Assembly (NCBI RefSeq): GCF_042666975.1
Contig: NZ_JBHTFF010000005.1
Coordinates: 1,321 to 33,320, forward strand
Direction of reading: 5' to 3'
DNA from: Microlunatus sp. GCM10028923
GTDB taxonomy: Bacteria; Actinomycetota; Actinomycetes; Propionibacteriales; Propionibacteriaceae
DNA length: 32,000 bases
Shown here in pieces: positions 16,817-25,142 of the stretch; within the stretch, counting starts at the first letter, position 1; every line of letters starts with the position of its first letter. The notes below the pieces were generated by a model. That model made no database searches. It worked only from the letters and a program-made list of their open reading frames with translations, and was not told the origin of the DNA. A program made the position numbers and the translations under genes.

Positions 16817-18199
16817 TCAGGCGGCCTGTTCGCCGCGATCAGCGGTGAGCAGGCCGTCGACGAATCTGGTGGTGTGCCGGGCGGCAGCGAAGTCCGGGTC
16901 GGTGATCAGCCGGCGCAGCAGCGGGATGGTGGTCCGGACCCCGGGACCCTCGACGACATACTCGGCCAGAGCCCGATCGGCGCGGGCAATCGCCTGCTCC
17001 CGGGTCGGCGCCCAGACGATCAGCTTCGCGATCAACGAGTCGTAGTGCGGCGACACCGTGTCGCCCTGGACGAAGCCCGAGTCGATCCGCACCCCCGGTC
17101 CGCCCGGCTGCCGCAGCTCGGTCAGCCGGCCCGGGGTCGGCGCGAAGCCGCGGTCCGGGTCCTCAGCGTTGATCCGGCACTCGATCGCCGCCCCACGCGG
17201 CCGAACGTCGTCCTGCTCGTAGCCCAGCCGTTCGCCGCCGGCGACGCGGAGTTGCTCGGCGATCAGGTCGAGGCCGGTCAGCATCTCGGTGACCGGGTGC
17301 TCGACCTGGATCCGGCCGTTGATCTCCATGAACGTCGCCCGGCCGTCCGGGTCGACCAGGAACTCCATGGTGCCGGCGCCGACGTACCCGATCGCCTTCG
17401 CGCCGGCCACCGCATACCGGCCCAGGTCGGCCCGCAGTTCGTCGGACAGTCCCGGCGACGGGGCCTCCTCGACCAGCTTCTGGTGCCGCCGCTGCAGACT
17501 GCAGTCCCGCTCCCCCAACGACACCGCGGTGCCGTGGCCGTCGGCCAGCAGCTGGACCTCGACGTGCCGGGCGGCGGGCAGGAAGCGTTCCAGGTAGACG
17601 TCGCCGTTGCCGAAGATCTGCCGGGCCAGCGCGACCGTGCGGCGGTACGACTCCGGCAGCTCGGCCGCCGTGTGCACCACCTGGATGCCCCGACCGCCGC
17701 CACCCGCCGCCGCCTTCAGCACCACCGGATAGCCGATCCCGGCGGCGATCGCGACCGCGTCGGCCTGGGTCGGCACGGCCCCGTCGCTGCCCGGCAGCAC
17801 CGGCAGCCCGGCCTCGCGCATCGCGACCCTGGTCCGGGCCTTGTCGCCGAGCTCTTCCATCACCGCGGGCGGCGGGCCGACGAACACGATCCCGTTCTCG
17901 GCGCAGATCCGGGCGAAGTCCGGGTCCTCGGACAGGAAGCCGTAGCCGGGATGGATCGCGTCGACGCCGTGCCGCAGCGCGGTCTCGATCAGGCTCGGCA
18001 GATAGAGGTAGCTGCGCTTCGCCGCGGGCGGCCCGATGTGGGCGGTCTCATCGGCGTAGCGGGCGACAGCGCTGTCCAGATCCGCGCTGGAACAGACGGC
18101 AACTGTACGGATGCCGAGCTCGCGACAGGTCCGGGCGATCCGCAGCGCGATCTCGCCGCGGTTGGCGATAAGCACCGACCGGATCGGCTTGGTGATCAT
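16817..18199 (-). CDS. accC: Acetyl-CoA carboxylase, biotin carboxylase subunit
   Basis: ATG 18199 (MITKPIRSVLIANRGEIALRIARTCRELGI..), 460 aa, with ATP-grasp motifs (..GYPVVLKAAAGGGGRGI.., ..MEFLVD..FMEINGRIQVEHPVTE..). The start overlaps the BCCP stop (ATGA). Confidence 0.92.
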   Translation of the reverse strand: MITKPIRSVLIANRGEIALRIARTCRELGIRTVAVCSSADLDSAVARYADETAHIGPPAAKRSYLYLPSLIETALRHGVDAIHPGYGFLSEDPDFARICAENGIVFVGPPPAVMEELGDKARTRVAMREAGLPVLPGSDGAVPTQADAVAIAAGIGYPVVLKAAAGGGGRGIQVVHTAAELPESYRRTVALARQIFGNGDVYLERFLPAARHVEVQLLADGHGTAVSLGERDCSLQRRHQKLVEEAPSPGLSDELRADLGRYAVAGAKAIGYVGAGTMEFLVDPDGRATFMEINGRIQVEHPVTEMLTGLDLIAEQLRVAGGERLGYEQDDVRPRGAAIECRINAEDPDRGFAPTPGRLTELRQPGGPGVRIDSGFVQGDTVSPHYDSLIAKLIVWAPTREQAIARADRALAEYVVEGPGVRTTIPLLRRLITDPDFAAARHTTRFVDGLLTADRGEQAA

Positions 18200-18675
18200 G
18201 AGACCGCCTCCCGGATCCGGACCAGCGGTTCGCCGAACTCGACCGGCGCGGCGTCGGCGACCAGCACCTCGACCACCTCGCCGGACCGGTCCGCGGCGAC
18301 CGGGTTCATCAGCTTCATCGCCTCGATGATGCCGATCGTCTGCCCGGCCTCGACCCGGTCGCCCGGCCGGACGAACGGGTTCGCGCCCGGCTCCGGAGCC
18401 ACGTAGAAGGTGCCGACCAGCGGCGCCGGGATCACCTCCCCCTCGATCTCGGCGATCTGCTCCGGCTCGGCTGCCGGGCCCTGCGGAACGGCCCGCGGCG
18501 CCGGGGCGGCCGCGCCGTCCGGCAGCACCATCGCCGGCTCGGCCCAGGTCACCTCGAGCGAACACTCGCCGGACCGGACCGAGACCCGCGACACCGGGCC
18601 CGGCACGGTCTTGACCAGGCTGCTCACCTCTTCCCGGAGCAGCCGCAGCGTGCTGTCGTCTGACTCGGCGTTCAT
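18196..18675 (-). CDS. accB: Biotin carboxyl carrier protein (BCCP)
   Basis: ATG 18675, 159 aa. It has an Ala/Pro-rich linker and the biotinyl-lysine motif GIIEAMKLMN. ATGA overlaps occur at both ends. Confidence 0.9.
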   Translation of the reverse strand: MNAESDDSTLRLLREEVSSLVKTVPGPVSRVSVRSGECSLEVTWAEPAMVLPDGAAAPAPRAVPQGPAAEPEQIAEIEGEVIPAPLVGTFYVAPEPGANPFVRPGDRVEAGQTIGIIEAMKLMNPVAADRSGEVVEVLVADAAPVEFGEPLVRIREAVS

Positions 18676-20336
18676 GCGGTCACCCCCAGTGCGCGGAACC
18701 GGTCGAAGCGCTGCTGCCGGCACTTCTCGCCCGACCAGCCGGCCACCGCGTCCAGCTCGGCCATGATCATCGAGCGGACGGTCGCGGTGGTCTCGTCCGG
18801 CGCCGTGTGCGCGCCGCCGTCGGGTTCCGGTACGACCGCGTCGACCACGCCGAGCTTGATCAACTCCGGCGCGGTGATCTTCATCGTCTCGGCCAGCCGG
18901 GCCGCCTCGCCGGCGTGCCCGTACAGGATGGTCGAGCAGCTCTCCGGGCTGATCACCGAGTAGCAGGCGTTCTCCAGCATCAGGACCCGGTTGCCGACGG
19001 CCAGCGCGAGCGCGCCACCGCTGCCGCCCTCGCCGGTGATCACGCTGATCACCGGGACGGTCAGCTCGGCCATCCCGGCGATGCACTCCGCGATCGCCCA
19101 GGCCTGGCCGCGTTCCTCGGCCGCGACGCCGGGGGCGGCGCCCTGGGTGTCGACGAAGGTGATCACCGGTACGTCGAGCCGTTCGGCCAGCCGGAGCAGC
19201 CGGAGCGCCTTGCGATAGCCCTCCGGCTGCGGCATCCCGAAGTTGCGCAGCACCAGGGTCGCCGTGTCGTGGCCCTTCTCGTGGCCGAGCACCATCACGG
19301 TCCGGCCGCCGATCGAGGCCAGCCCGCCGACCACCGCCGGGTCGTCGCCGTGGGTCCGGTCGCCATGCAGCTCGACGAAGTCGTCGCAGATCGCCTCCAG
19401 ATAGTCGGAGGTGACCGGCCGCTGGATCTGCCGGGCCAGCTTGAGCACGTCGGCGGCCGGCCGCTGCCGTACCTCCGCGGTGTCGAGTCGATCATGGAGC
19501 GCGGCGCTCCGGTCGTCCCCCGCGGACCGGCCGGCGTCCAAGATCAACAAGCGGGTCAGCGTCGAGCGCAGGCTCTTCCGCGGCTCCACCCGGTCGATCA
19601 TCCCGGCACCGTGCAGGTATTCGGCGGTCTGGAAGCCCTCCGGCAGCCGTTCCCGGGTGGCGTTCTCGATCACCCGCGGCCCGGCGAAGCCGATCATGGC
19701 GCCCGGTTCGGCGATCAGCACGTCGGCCAGCGTCGCGAACGACGCGGTCACCCCGCCGTAGGTCGGATCGGCCAGCACCCCGATGGTCAGGATGCCGCGC
19801 CGCCGTGCCTCCGCCATCGCCTGCGCCGTCTTCGCCAGCTGCATCAGCGACAAGCACCCCTCCTGCATCCGGGCCCCGCCGGACGAGACCAAGATCAGGT
19901 ACGGCCAGCCGCGGTCCATCGCATCCTCGGCACCGCGGGTGATCACCTCGCCGACCGCCGAGCCCATGCTGCCGCCGAGAAACCCGAAGTCCATCGCGGC
20001 CAGAACCACCGGCCGGCCGCCGATCGTCGCCGTGCCGTGCACCGCCGCCTCGTCCAGCCCGGACCGGCGCCGGGCCCGCTGCACCCGTTCCGGGTACGGC
20101 AGCGTGTCGCTGAACCCGAGCGGATCCGCGCTCCGCGGTTGATCATCGGCCGGCACCCAGGAACCGGGGTCGACCAGCTGGTCGATCCGTTCCCCGGCAC
20201 CGATCCGGTGGTGGTGGCCGCAATCCGGGCAGACCTGCTGGTCCCGGCGCAGCCGCGGCTCGTACAGGGTCACCGAACAGCGCGGGCAGCGCACCCAGGC
20301 GCCGGCCGCGGTGTCCACCGGTGGTGACAGGGTCAT
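18672..20336 (-). CDS. Acetyl-CoA carboxylase carboxyltransferase, fused beta-alpha (AccD-AccA) protein
   Basis: 554 aa. The N-terminal Zn-ribbon CPRCSVTLY..CPDCGHHHR and ..GFLGGSMG.. belong to the AccD half. The AccA-like half follows (..VITFVDTQGAAPG..AEERGQAWAIA..). Confidence 0.9.
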   Translation of the reverse strand: MTLSPPVDTAAGAWVRCPRCSVTLYEPRLRRDQQVCPDCGHHHRIGAGERIDQLVDPGSWVPADDQPRSADPLGFSDTLPYPERVQRARRRSGLDEAAVHGTATIGGRPVVLAAMDFGFLGGSMGSAVGEVITRGAEDAMDRGWPYLILVSSGGARMQEGCLSLMQLAKTAQAMAEARRRGILTIGVLADPTYGGVTASFATLADVLIAEPGAMIGFAGPRVIENATRERLPEGFQTAEYLHGAGMIDRVEPRKSLRSTLTRLLILDAGRSAGDDRSAALHDRLDTAEVRQRPAADVLKLARQIQRPVTSDYLEAICDDFVELHGDRTHGDDPAVVGGLASIGGRTVMVLGHEKGHDTATLVLRNFGMPQPEGYRKALRLLRLAERLDVPVITFVDTQGAAPGVAAEERGQAWAIAECIAGMAELTVPVISVITGEGGSGGALALAVGNRVLMLENACYSVISPESCSTILYGHAGEAARLAETMKITAPELIKLGVVDAVVPEPDGGAHTAPDETTATVRSMIMAELDAVAGWSGEKCRQQRFDRFRALGVTA

Positions 20337-20659
20337 CGCGGGCCTCCTTCCGGAGTCCAGCTGTAGAAGCCGGAGGCCATCGCGTCGGCCGGGCTGCGCC
20401 AGGTCGCCGGGTCGTACGGCGCGATGAACGCATCGAGGTCCGAGCTCAGCTCGCGGAAGTCGTCCCGCCCGCGGGCCTCGGCCATCGCCGCGGCCGGGTC
20501 GCCGGCGAACTCGACCTGGTGGAAGTACAACCCCTGGTACTCGTACAGGTCGCGCCGGACCACCCCGAGCGCGCGCGGCAACTCGGTCCGGTCCGAAGCG
20601 CCGAACAGCCGCGCGACGTCGCCGGCGGCACCCGGCCTGATCCGGGCCACGATCAGCAT
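20333..20659 (-). CDS. TcmI-family type II polyketide cyclase
   Basis: ATG 20659 (MLIVARIRPGAAGDVARLF..QGLYFHQVEF..FIAPYDPATWRSPADAMASGFYSW) is collinear with TcmI as I remember it. Codons upstream of 20659 in the track ORF are A/T-ending and non-coding-like. The stop overlaps the carboxyltransferase start. Confidence 0.85.
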   Translation of the reverse strand: MLIVARIRPGAAGDVARLFGASDRTELPRALGVVRRDLYEYQGLYFHQVEFAGDPAAAMAEARGRDDFRELSSDLDAFIAPYDPATWRSPADAMASGFYSWTPEGGPR

Positions 20660-20708
20660 CCTTGTCGTCACTGGAATCCCTCTCCCTGTTAGGAATCGCA
20701 CCTCTGAC

Positions 20709-21464
20709 TCACGACACTAGAAACCCGTCCGGCCGCTGTCGCCCGCCCGGAATGGGAACTTTGATCTCCCCCCGCGGTCGGTCCTCCACTCCCGGAGGCG
20801 GAGATCCGGACGAGATGCCGTTCTCGTACGCGTAGATCACGACCTGCACCCGGTCCCGTACCCCGAGCTTCTGGTACAGGTGCTGCACGTGCGACTTGAT
20901 CGTGCTCTCGCCGAGCACCAGGTGCTGCGCGATCTCGGCGTTGTTGTAGCCCTGCACCAGCAGCAGGAACACGTCGTACTCGCGGCCGGTCAGCGCGGCC
21001 AGGCCGGTGCCGTCGGTGGTCGGCCCGAGCGCGGGCCGGCGGACGAACTCCCTGATCAACATCCGGGTCACGGTCGGTGACAGCAACGCGTCGCCGGACG
21101 CGACGGCCCGGACCGCCTCGACCAGCTGGGTGCCGGTCGACTCCTTGAGCAGGAAGCCGCTGGCGCCGGCCCGCAACGCCTCGAACACGTGCTCGTCCTG
21201 GTCGTACATGGTCAGGATGATCACCTTCGGACCGGGCCGGCCGTCGGCGCACAGCTGCCGAGTCGCTTCCAGCCCGTCCATCCGCGGCATGTTGATGTCC
21301 ATCAGGACGACGTCCGGATGGTGCCGGCGGACGTCCCGGATCGCTTCGATCCCGTTCCCCGCCTCGCCCACCATGATCATTCCCGGCTCGTCGGCGATCA
21401 CCGATCCGACACCGTGCCGGACCAGCGGCTGATCGTCGACGATCAGGATCTTGATCTCATCCAC
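20709..21464 (-). CDS. NarL/FixJ (LuxR-type HTH) response regulator
   Basis: GTG start at 21464 after GGGGGAGAGG. Receiver: ILIVDDQPLVR..VVLMDINMPRMDG. LuxR HTH: LTGREYDVFLLLVQGYNNAEIAQHLVLGESTIKSHVQHLYQKLGV. Confidence 0.9.
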   Translation of the reverse strand: MDEIKILIVDDQPLVRHGVGSVIADEPGMIMVGEAGNGIEAIRDVRRHHPDVVLMDINMPRMDGLEATRQLCADGRPGPKVIILTMYDQDEHVFEALRAGASGFLLKESTGTQLVEAVRAVASGDALLSPTVTRMLIREFVRRPALGPTTDGTGLAALTGREYDVFLLLVQGYNNAEIAQHLVLGESTIKSHVQHLYQKLGVRDRVQVVIYAYENGISSGSPPPGVEDRPRGEIKVPIPGGRQRPDGFLVS

Positions 21465-22234
21465 GACCTCTCCCCCCGCAGTGCCGAAAGGTCCTCCGGG
21501 CCGGCCGGCAGGATCGCCTCGATGAAGAAGCGCCGGTCATCCCTGCTGCCGTAGCCGAACGATCCGCCCTGTTCGGCCACGCGTTCCTCCAGGCCGCGCA
21601 GCCCGCCGTCCACCCGGTCACCGGCGGCGACCTGACGATGCGCCGCCACCTCGTTGATCATGGTGATCCGGACCTGAACGCCGAACGACACCGTCACGTC
21701 CACCGAGCCGGTGCCGTACTTGAGTGCGTTGGTCAGGCCCTCCTGGACCACCCGGACCGTCGTATGCCGGACTCCGGCCGGCAGCGTCCGTTCCAGCTCC
21801 GCGTTCTCGAAATGCAGGCCGCCGCCCGGGTTCACCCGGGTGAACAGCTCCACGATCTCGGCCACCGCGTCGCTGGTGCCGGTAACGATCTCCCGGTCCA
21901 GCCCCACCGTGGACGTACGCCGGAGCAATCCCAGGATCCGGCGCAGTTCACCCATCGCGTCCCGCGACGTCTCCTCGATCGAGCGGGCGTGCGTCGCCCC
22001 GTCGTCCCGATCGACCTCCATCCGCCGGGCCGTCATCATGATCACCACCAGCCGATGGCCGATCACGTCGTGCAGTTCGCGCGCGATGCGCCTCCGTTCC
22101 CGACCGACGGCGTCGCCGATCCGCTCTGTCCCGTTGACAATCCCCGCATCCGGTTGGATGACGTTCCCCGCTGAACTTCGGACTCCCTCACAGTTACCGA
22201 ACCTCAACCCGATCACCTCCCTTGCGAAGACCAT
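21443..22234 (-). CDS. HisKA_3-type histidine kinase lacking any sensor or transmembrane region
   Basis: The H-box RIARELHDVIGHRL places the phospho-His at residue 55 of the longest ORF. HATPase motifs are present (VQEGLTNALKYG, ..GGLRGLEERV..GGSF). There is no hydrophobic segment before the H-box. The start is uncertain: ATG 22234, or TTG 22207 lying 8 nt after AAGGGAGG. The gene overlaps the regulator start by 22 nt. Confidence 0.8.
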   Translation of the reverse strand: MVFAREVIGLRFGNCEGVRSSAGNVIQPDAGIVNGTERIGDAVGRERRRIARELHDVIGHRLVVIMMTARRMEVDRDDGATHARSIEETSRDAMGELRRILGLLRRTSTVGLDREIVTGTSDAVAEIVELFTRVNPGGGLHFENAELERTLPAGVRHTTVRVVQEGLTNALKYGTGSVDVTVSFGVQVRITMINEVAAHRQVAAGDRVDGGLRGLEERVAEQGGSFGYGSRDDRRFFIEAILPAGPEDLSALRGERSWMRSRS

Positions 22235-22495
22235 AATCTTCGCAGTGAAGTGTCACAAGGTTGTCCAAAGATAACGTTCGTTACAGTCGTACGAATTCTT
22301 TCCCACAGTCGACAAGACGCATATCCGGCATAACTGTTGAACTTCGAAGCAATTCGAGATCCCTTGCACGCAAGGGATTCACTGCGCTCTGATCATCACG
22401 GATATTCGTAGATCCGGACGCGAGAAATTCGCGAAGACGCCCGAATCGGATCGCGCAGTTCGCAACCCTCGAAATCCCCGCAGAATTCGAATTCT
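22223..22495. promoter_or_regulatory. Cluster of short palindromes in a lower-G+C spacer between the PKS operon and the kinase operon
   Basis: TGCGAAGA-N6-TCTTCGCA (22223-22244) spans the kinase ATG. The others are CTTCGAAG (22342-22349), ATCCCTTG-CACG-CAAGGGAT (22359-22378), TTCGCGAA (22428-22435) and AGAATTCGAATTCT (22482-22495). Confidence 0.4.
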
Positions 22496-22653
22496 TCCGA
22501 CCACACCAGGCGGGTGAGCGCAGAACGATCCCCCGGAATCGGCGCTGGTAGGACTCCACGGTAACCGACGCCGGTGCAGTCGACCCGGGTAAGTTTCTGT
22601 GAGCTTTGTGTGAAGTCACCCGGGAGGTCCGGTGTGCCCTCCGTCACCGTGTC

Positions 22654-23874
22654 TCAGGTGCCGGGACGGCGCAGCACGGCGGCGGCGTTGAAGCCGCCCG
22701 CGCCCCGCGCCAGGACCACGACGGCGCGCAGATCCGGCACCGGACGGGCCTCGGTCACCAGGTCCAGCGAGGTCGCCACGCCGTCCAGGTTGACCGACGG
22801 CGGCAGCACCCCGTGACGCAGCGCCAGGGCCGCCCAGGCGACGTCCAGGGCGGCGCCGCCGGAGCAGAGCCGGCCGACCATCGTCTTCGGTACGCAGACG
22901 GCCACGCCGCCCGGCCCGAATACCTCGCCGATCGCGGCCTCCTCGAGCCGGTCCAGCCGGGGATCGCCGGCCGCGTCGGCGAACACGGCGCCCACTTCCG
23001 CCGGGGCACAGCCGGCCCGGTCCAGCGCGGTCCGCAGCGCCCGGGTCAGCTGCCGGTGATCGGGCGCCGGGTCGGTCGGGTGGTGGGCGTCATGGGTGGC
23101 CGCGGTGCCGGCCAGTTCCGCGTACGCGGTCGCGCCGCGCTCGGCCGCGAAGCCCGGCGACTCCATGATCAACATCGCGCCGCCCTCGCCCGGCACCTGG
23201 CCGGTCGCGTCGGCCGCGAACGGGCGGTAGGCGGTGGCCGGGTCGCGGCCCGTGCTCAGGCCCGGCTGGCTGGACTGGCAGACGATCGCGTACGGGGACA
23301 GCGGCGCCTCGGTACCGCCGACGACGGCCGCCCCGACCCCGCGCCGGATCGACCGGCTCGCCGCGGCGAGGGCGTCGAGCCCGCCGGCCGCGTCGGAGAC
23401 GATCACGCCGCAGGATCCCTTGAGCTGCTCCTTGATCGAGATCTGGCCGCTGCTGGCGGCGTAGAACCAGCCGATCGACTGATAGGCGCTGACCGCCCGC
23501 GGGCCCTGCCCCCAGAGGGCGTGGATCTCTCGCTGACCAAACTCGTTGCCGCCGGAGGCGCTCGCGGTCACCACCGCGAGCCGGTACGGATCGTGGTCGG
23601 CCGGGTCCAGCGCCGCGTCGGCCAGGGCCAGCCGGGTCGCCTCGAGGGCGTACCAGGTCCACCGGTCGGTCTGCACCCGGAGCTTGCTGTCGGTCCGCTC
23701 GGCCGGGTCGAAGCCGGGCACCTGGCCGACCACGCCGATCGGCAGGCCGCTCGCGTCGTACCCCTCGACGGGGCCGAGCCGGCAGGTCCTGGTCAGGGTC
23801 TGTTGCCAGTGATCGGCAACCCCGATCCCGGTCGGTGCGACCACCCCGATCCCCGTGATCACCGGATTCATCAT
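22654..23874 (-). CDS. Type II PKS ketosynthase beta / chain-length factor (CLF)
   Basis: 406 aa with a KS fold. Gln replaces the active-site Cys (FYAASSGQISI). ATGA overlap with the KS-alpha stop. Confidence 0.92.
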   Translation of the reverse strand: MMNPVITGIGVVAPTGIGVADHWQQTLTRTCRLGPVEGYDASGLPIGVVGQVPGFDPAERTDSKLRVQTDRWTWYALEATRLALADAALDPADHDPYRLAVVTASASGGNEFGQREIHALWGQGPRAVSAYQSIGWFYAASSGQISIKEQLKGSCGVIVSDAAGGLDALAAASRSIRRGVGAAVVGGTEAPLSPYAIVCQSSQPGLSTGRDPATAYRPFAADATGQVPGEGGAMLIMESPGFAAERGATAYAELAGTAATHDAHHPTDPAPDHRQLTRALRTALDRAGCAPAEVGAVFADAAGDPRLDRLEEAAIGEVFGPGGVAVCVPKTMVGRLCSGGAALDVAWAALALRHGVLPPSVNLDGVATSLDLVTEARPVPDLRAVVVLARGAGGFNAAAVLRRPGT

Positions 23875-25142
23875 GCTGCGACCTCCGCCACTCGTGAGAA
23901 CACCATCGCCGACTGGAAGCCGCCGAAGCCGCTGCCGGCGGACAGCGCATGATCAACTCGGACCTCGCGCGCCACCTGCGGCGTGTAGTCGAGGTCGCAC
24001 TCGGGATCCGGCGTCTCCAGGTTCGCCGTCGGCGGCACCACCCCGCGCTGGATCGCCAGCGCACAGGCGGCCATCTCGATCGAGCCGATCGCGCCGAGCG
24101 AGTGCCCGACCACCGACTTGATCGAACTGATCGGCACCCGCCGGGCATGATCACCGAGCGACCGCTTGTAGGCGGCCGTCTCGTGCCGGTCGTTCTGCTT
24201 GGTGCCCGAGCCGTGCGCGCTGATGTACGAGATCTGGTCCGGGTTCAGCCGGGCCTGGCCCAGCGCGTCGACGATCGCGTCGCCGAGTTCGACCCCGTCC
24301 GGGCGCAGCCCGGTCATGTGAAACCCGTTGGCCCGCGCCGCGTAGCCGCCGATCTCGCAGTAGATCTCGGCGCCCCGGGCCAGCGCGTGGCCGAGCTCCT
24401 CGACCACCAGCACGGCCGCGCCCTCGCCGAGCACGAAGCCCTGCCGGTCCGCGTCGAACGGCCGGGAGGCGCGTTCCGGGTCGGCGTTGCGCGGCGTGGT
24501 GGCTCGGATCGCGTCGAAGCAGGCCACCGTGATCGGTGTGATCGGCGCGTCCGCCGCGCCGGCGATCATGACGTCCGCCTCGTCGTCCTGGATCAGCCGC
24601 AGCGCATGGCCGATCGCGTCGATGCCGGAGGTGCAGCCGGTCGACACGACGGTGGCGGCGGCCCGGGCCCCGAACCGGACCGCGAGCTCGGTCGCTGCGC
24701 TGGACGGGACCAGCGACTGGTAGAGGAACGGCATCGCGTGCCGGTGATCGACCAGCCAGTCCCGACCATGATCGCTGGCGACCACGTACTCGTCCTCCAG
24801 GGTGATCGACGAGCCGACCGCCGAGCCGAGCGAGATCCCGCGCCGGTCGCCGTCGTCCTGGTCGGGTTCGACGGCCAGCCCGGAGTCGGCAACCGCCTCG
24901 CCGGCCGCCGCGAGCGCCAGCTGGACGAACCGGTCGGTGCGCCGGCAGATCCGCGGCGTGAGGCCGTACCGGGACGGCTCGAAGTCCACCTCCGCAGCGA
25001 TCTGGGACCGGAACCCGGTCGGGTCGAACGCGGTCACCCGGCGGATCGCCGGCTTCCCGTCGACGATCCGCTGCCAGAAGTCCTCCCGGGTCGGGCCGCC
25101 CGGCGCGACCACGCCGACGCCGGTGACGACGACTCTTCTCAT
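23871..25142 (-). CDS. Type II PKS ketosynthase alpha
   Basis: 423 aa. The active-site Cys is in VVSTGCTSGIDAIGHA and the catalytic His residues in ..ISAHGSGTKQND.. and ..SIKSVVGHSLGAIG... ATGA overlap with the upstream cyclase gene stop. Confidence 0.95.
   Translation of the reverse strand: MRRVVVTGVGVVAPGGPTREDFWQRIVDGKPAIRRVTAFDPTGFRSQIAAEVDFEPSRYGLTPRICRRTDRFVQLALAAAGEAVADSGLAVEPDQDDGDRRGISLGSAVGSSITLEDEYVVASDHGRDWLVDHRHAMPFLYQSLVPSSAATELAVRFGARAAATVVSTGCTSGIDAIGHALRLIQDDEADVMIAGAADAPITPITVACFDAIRATTPRNADPERASRPFDADRQGFVLGEGAAVLVVEELGHALARGAEIYCEIGGYAARANGFHMTGLRPDGVELGDAIVDALGQARLNPDQISYISAHGSGTKQNDRHETAAYKRSLGDHARRVPISSIKSVVGHSLGAIGSIEMAACALAIQRGVVPPTANLETPDPECDLDYTPQVAREVRVDHALSAGSGFGGFQSAMVFSRVAEVAA

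Noticed and set aside
12453-16848. Very long alternative-frame ORFs over the ABC genes (12453..14249 -, 14408..16648 -, 14416..16848 +)
   Set aside because: They overlap two ABC genes with complete Walker A, signature and Walker B motifs. Their translations are repetitive RRPG/GRR-type sequence, which is a classic high-G+C artefact.
18200-19086. N-terminal extensions of the track ORFs for accC (to 18565) and BCCP (to 19086); likewise the SDR (to 27997) and the monooxygenase (from 27517)
   Set aside because: The extensions are Arg/Gly/Pro-rich, overlap the upstream genes and precede conserved N-termini (MITKPIRSVLIANRGE, MNAESDD.., GxGxxG). Internal ATG starts give ATGA-coupled operon junctions.
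22396-22647. 83-aa minus-strand ORF (GTG start) in the lower-G+C spacer just downstream of the CLF gene
   Set aside because: It has no recognisable motif and no Shine-Dalgarno sequence. Only about two-thirds of its third positions are G/C, compared with nearly all in real genes here. It also runs across the palindromes. I treat it as non-coding, but ribosome profiling could revisit this.
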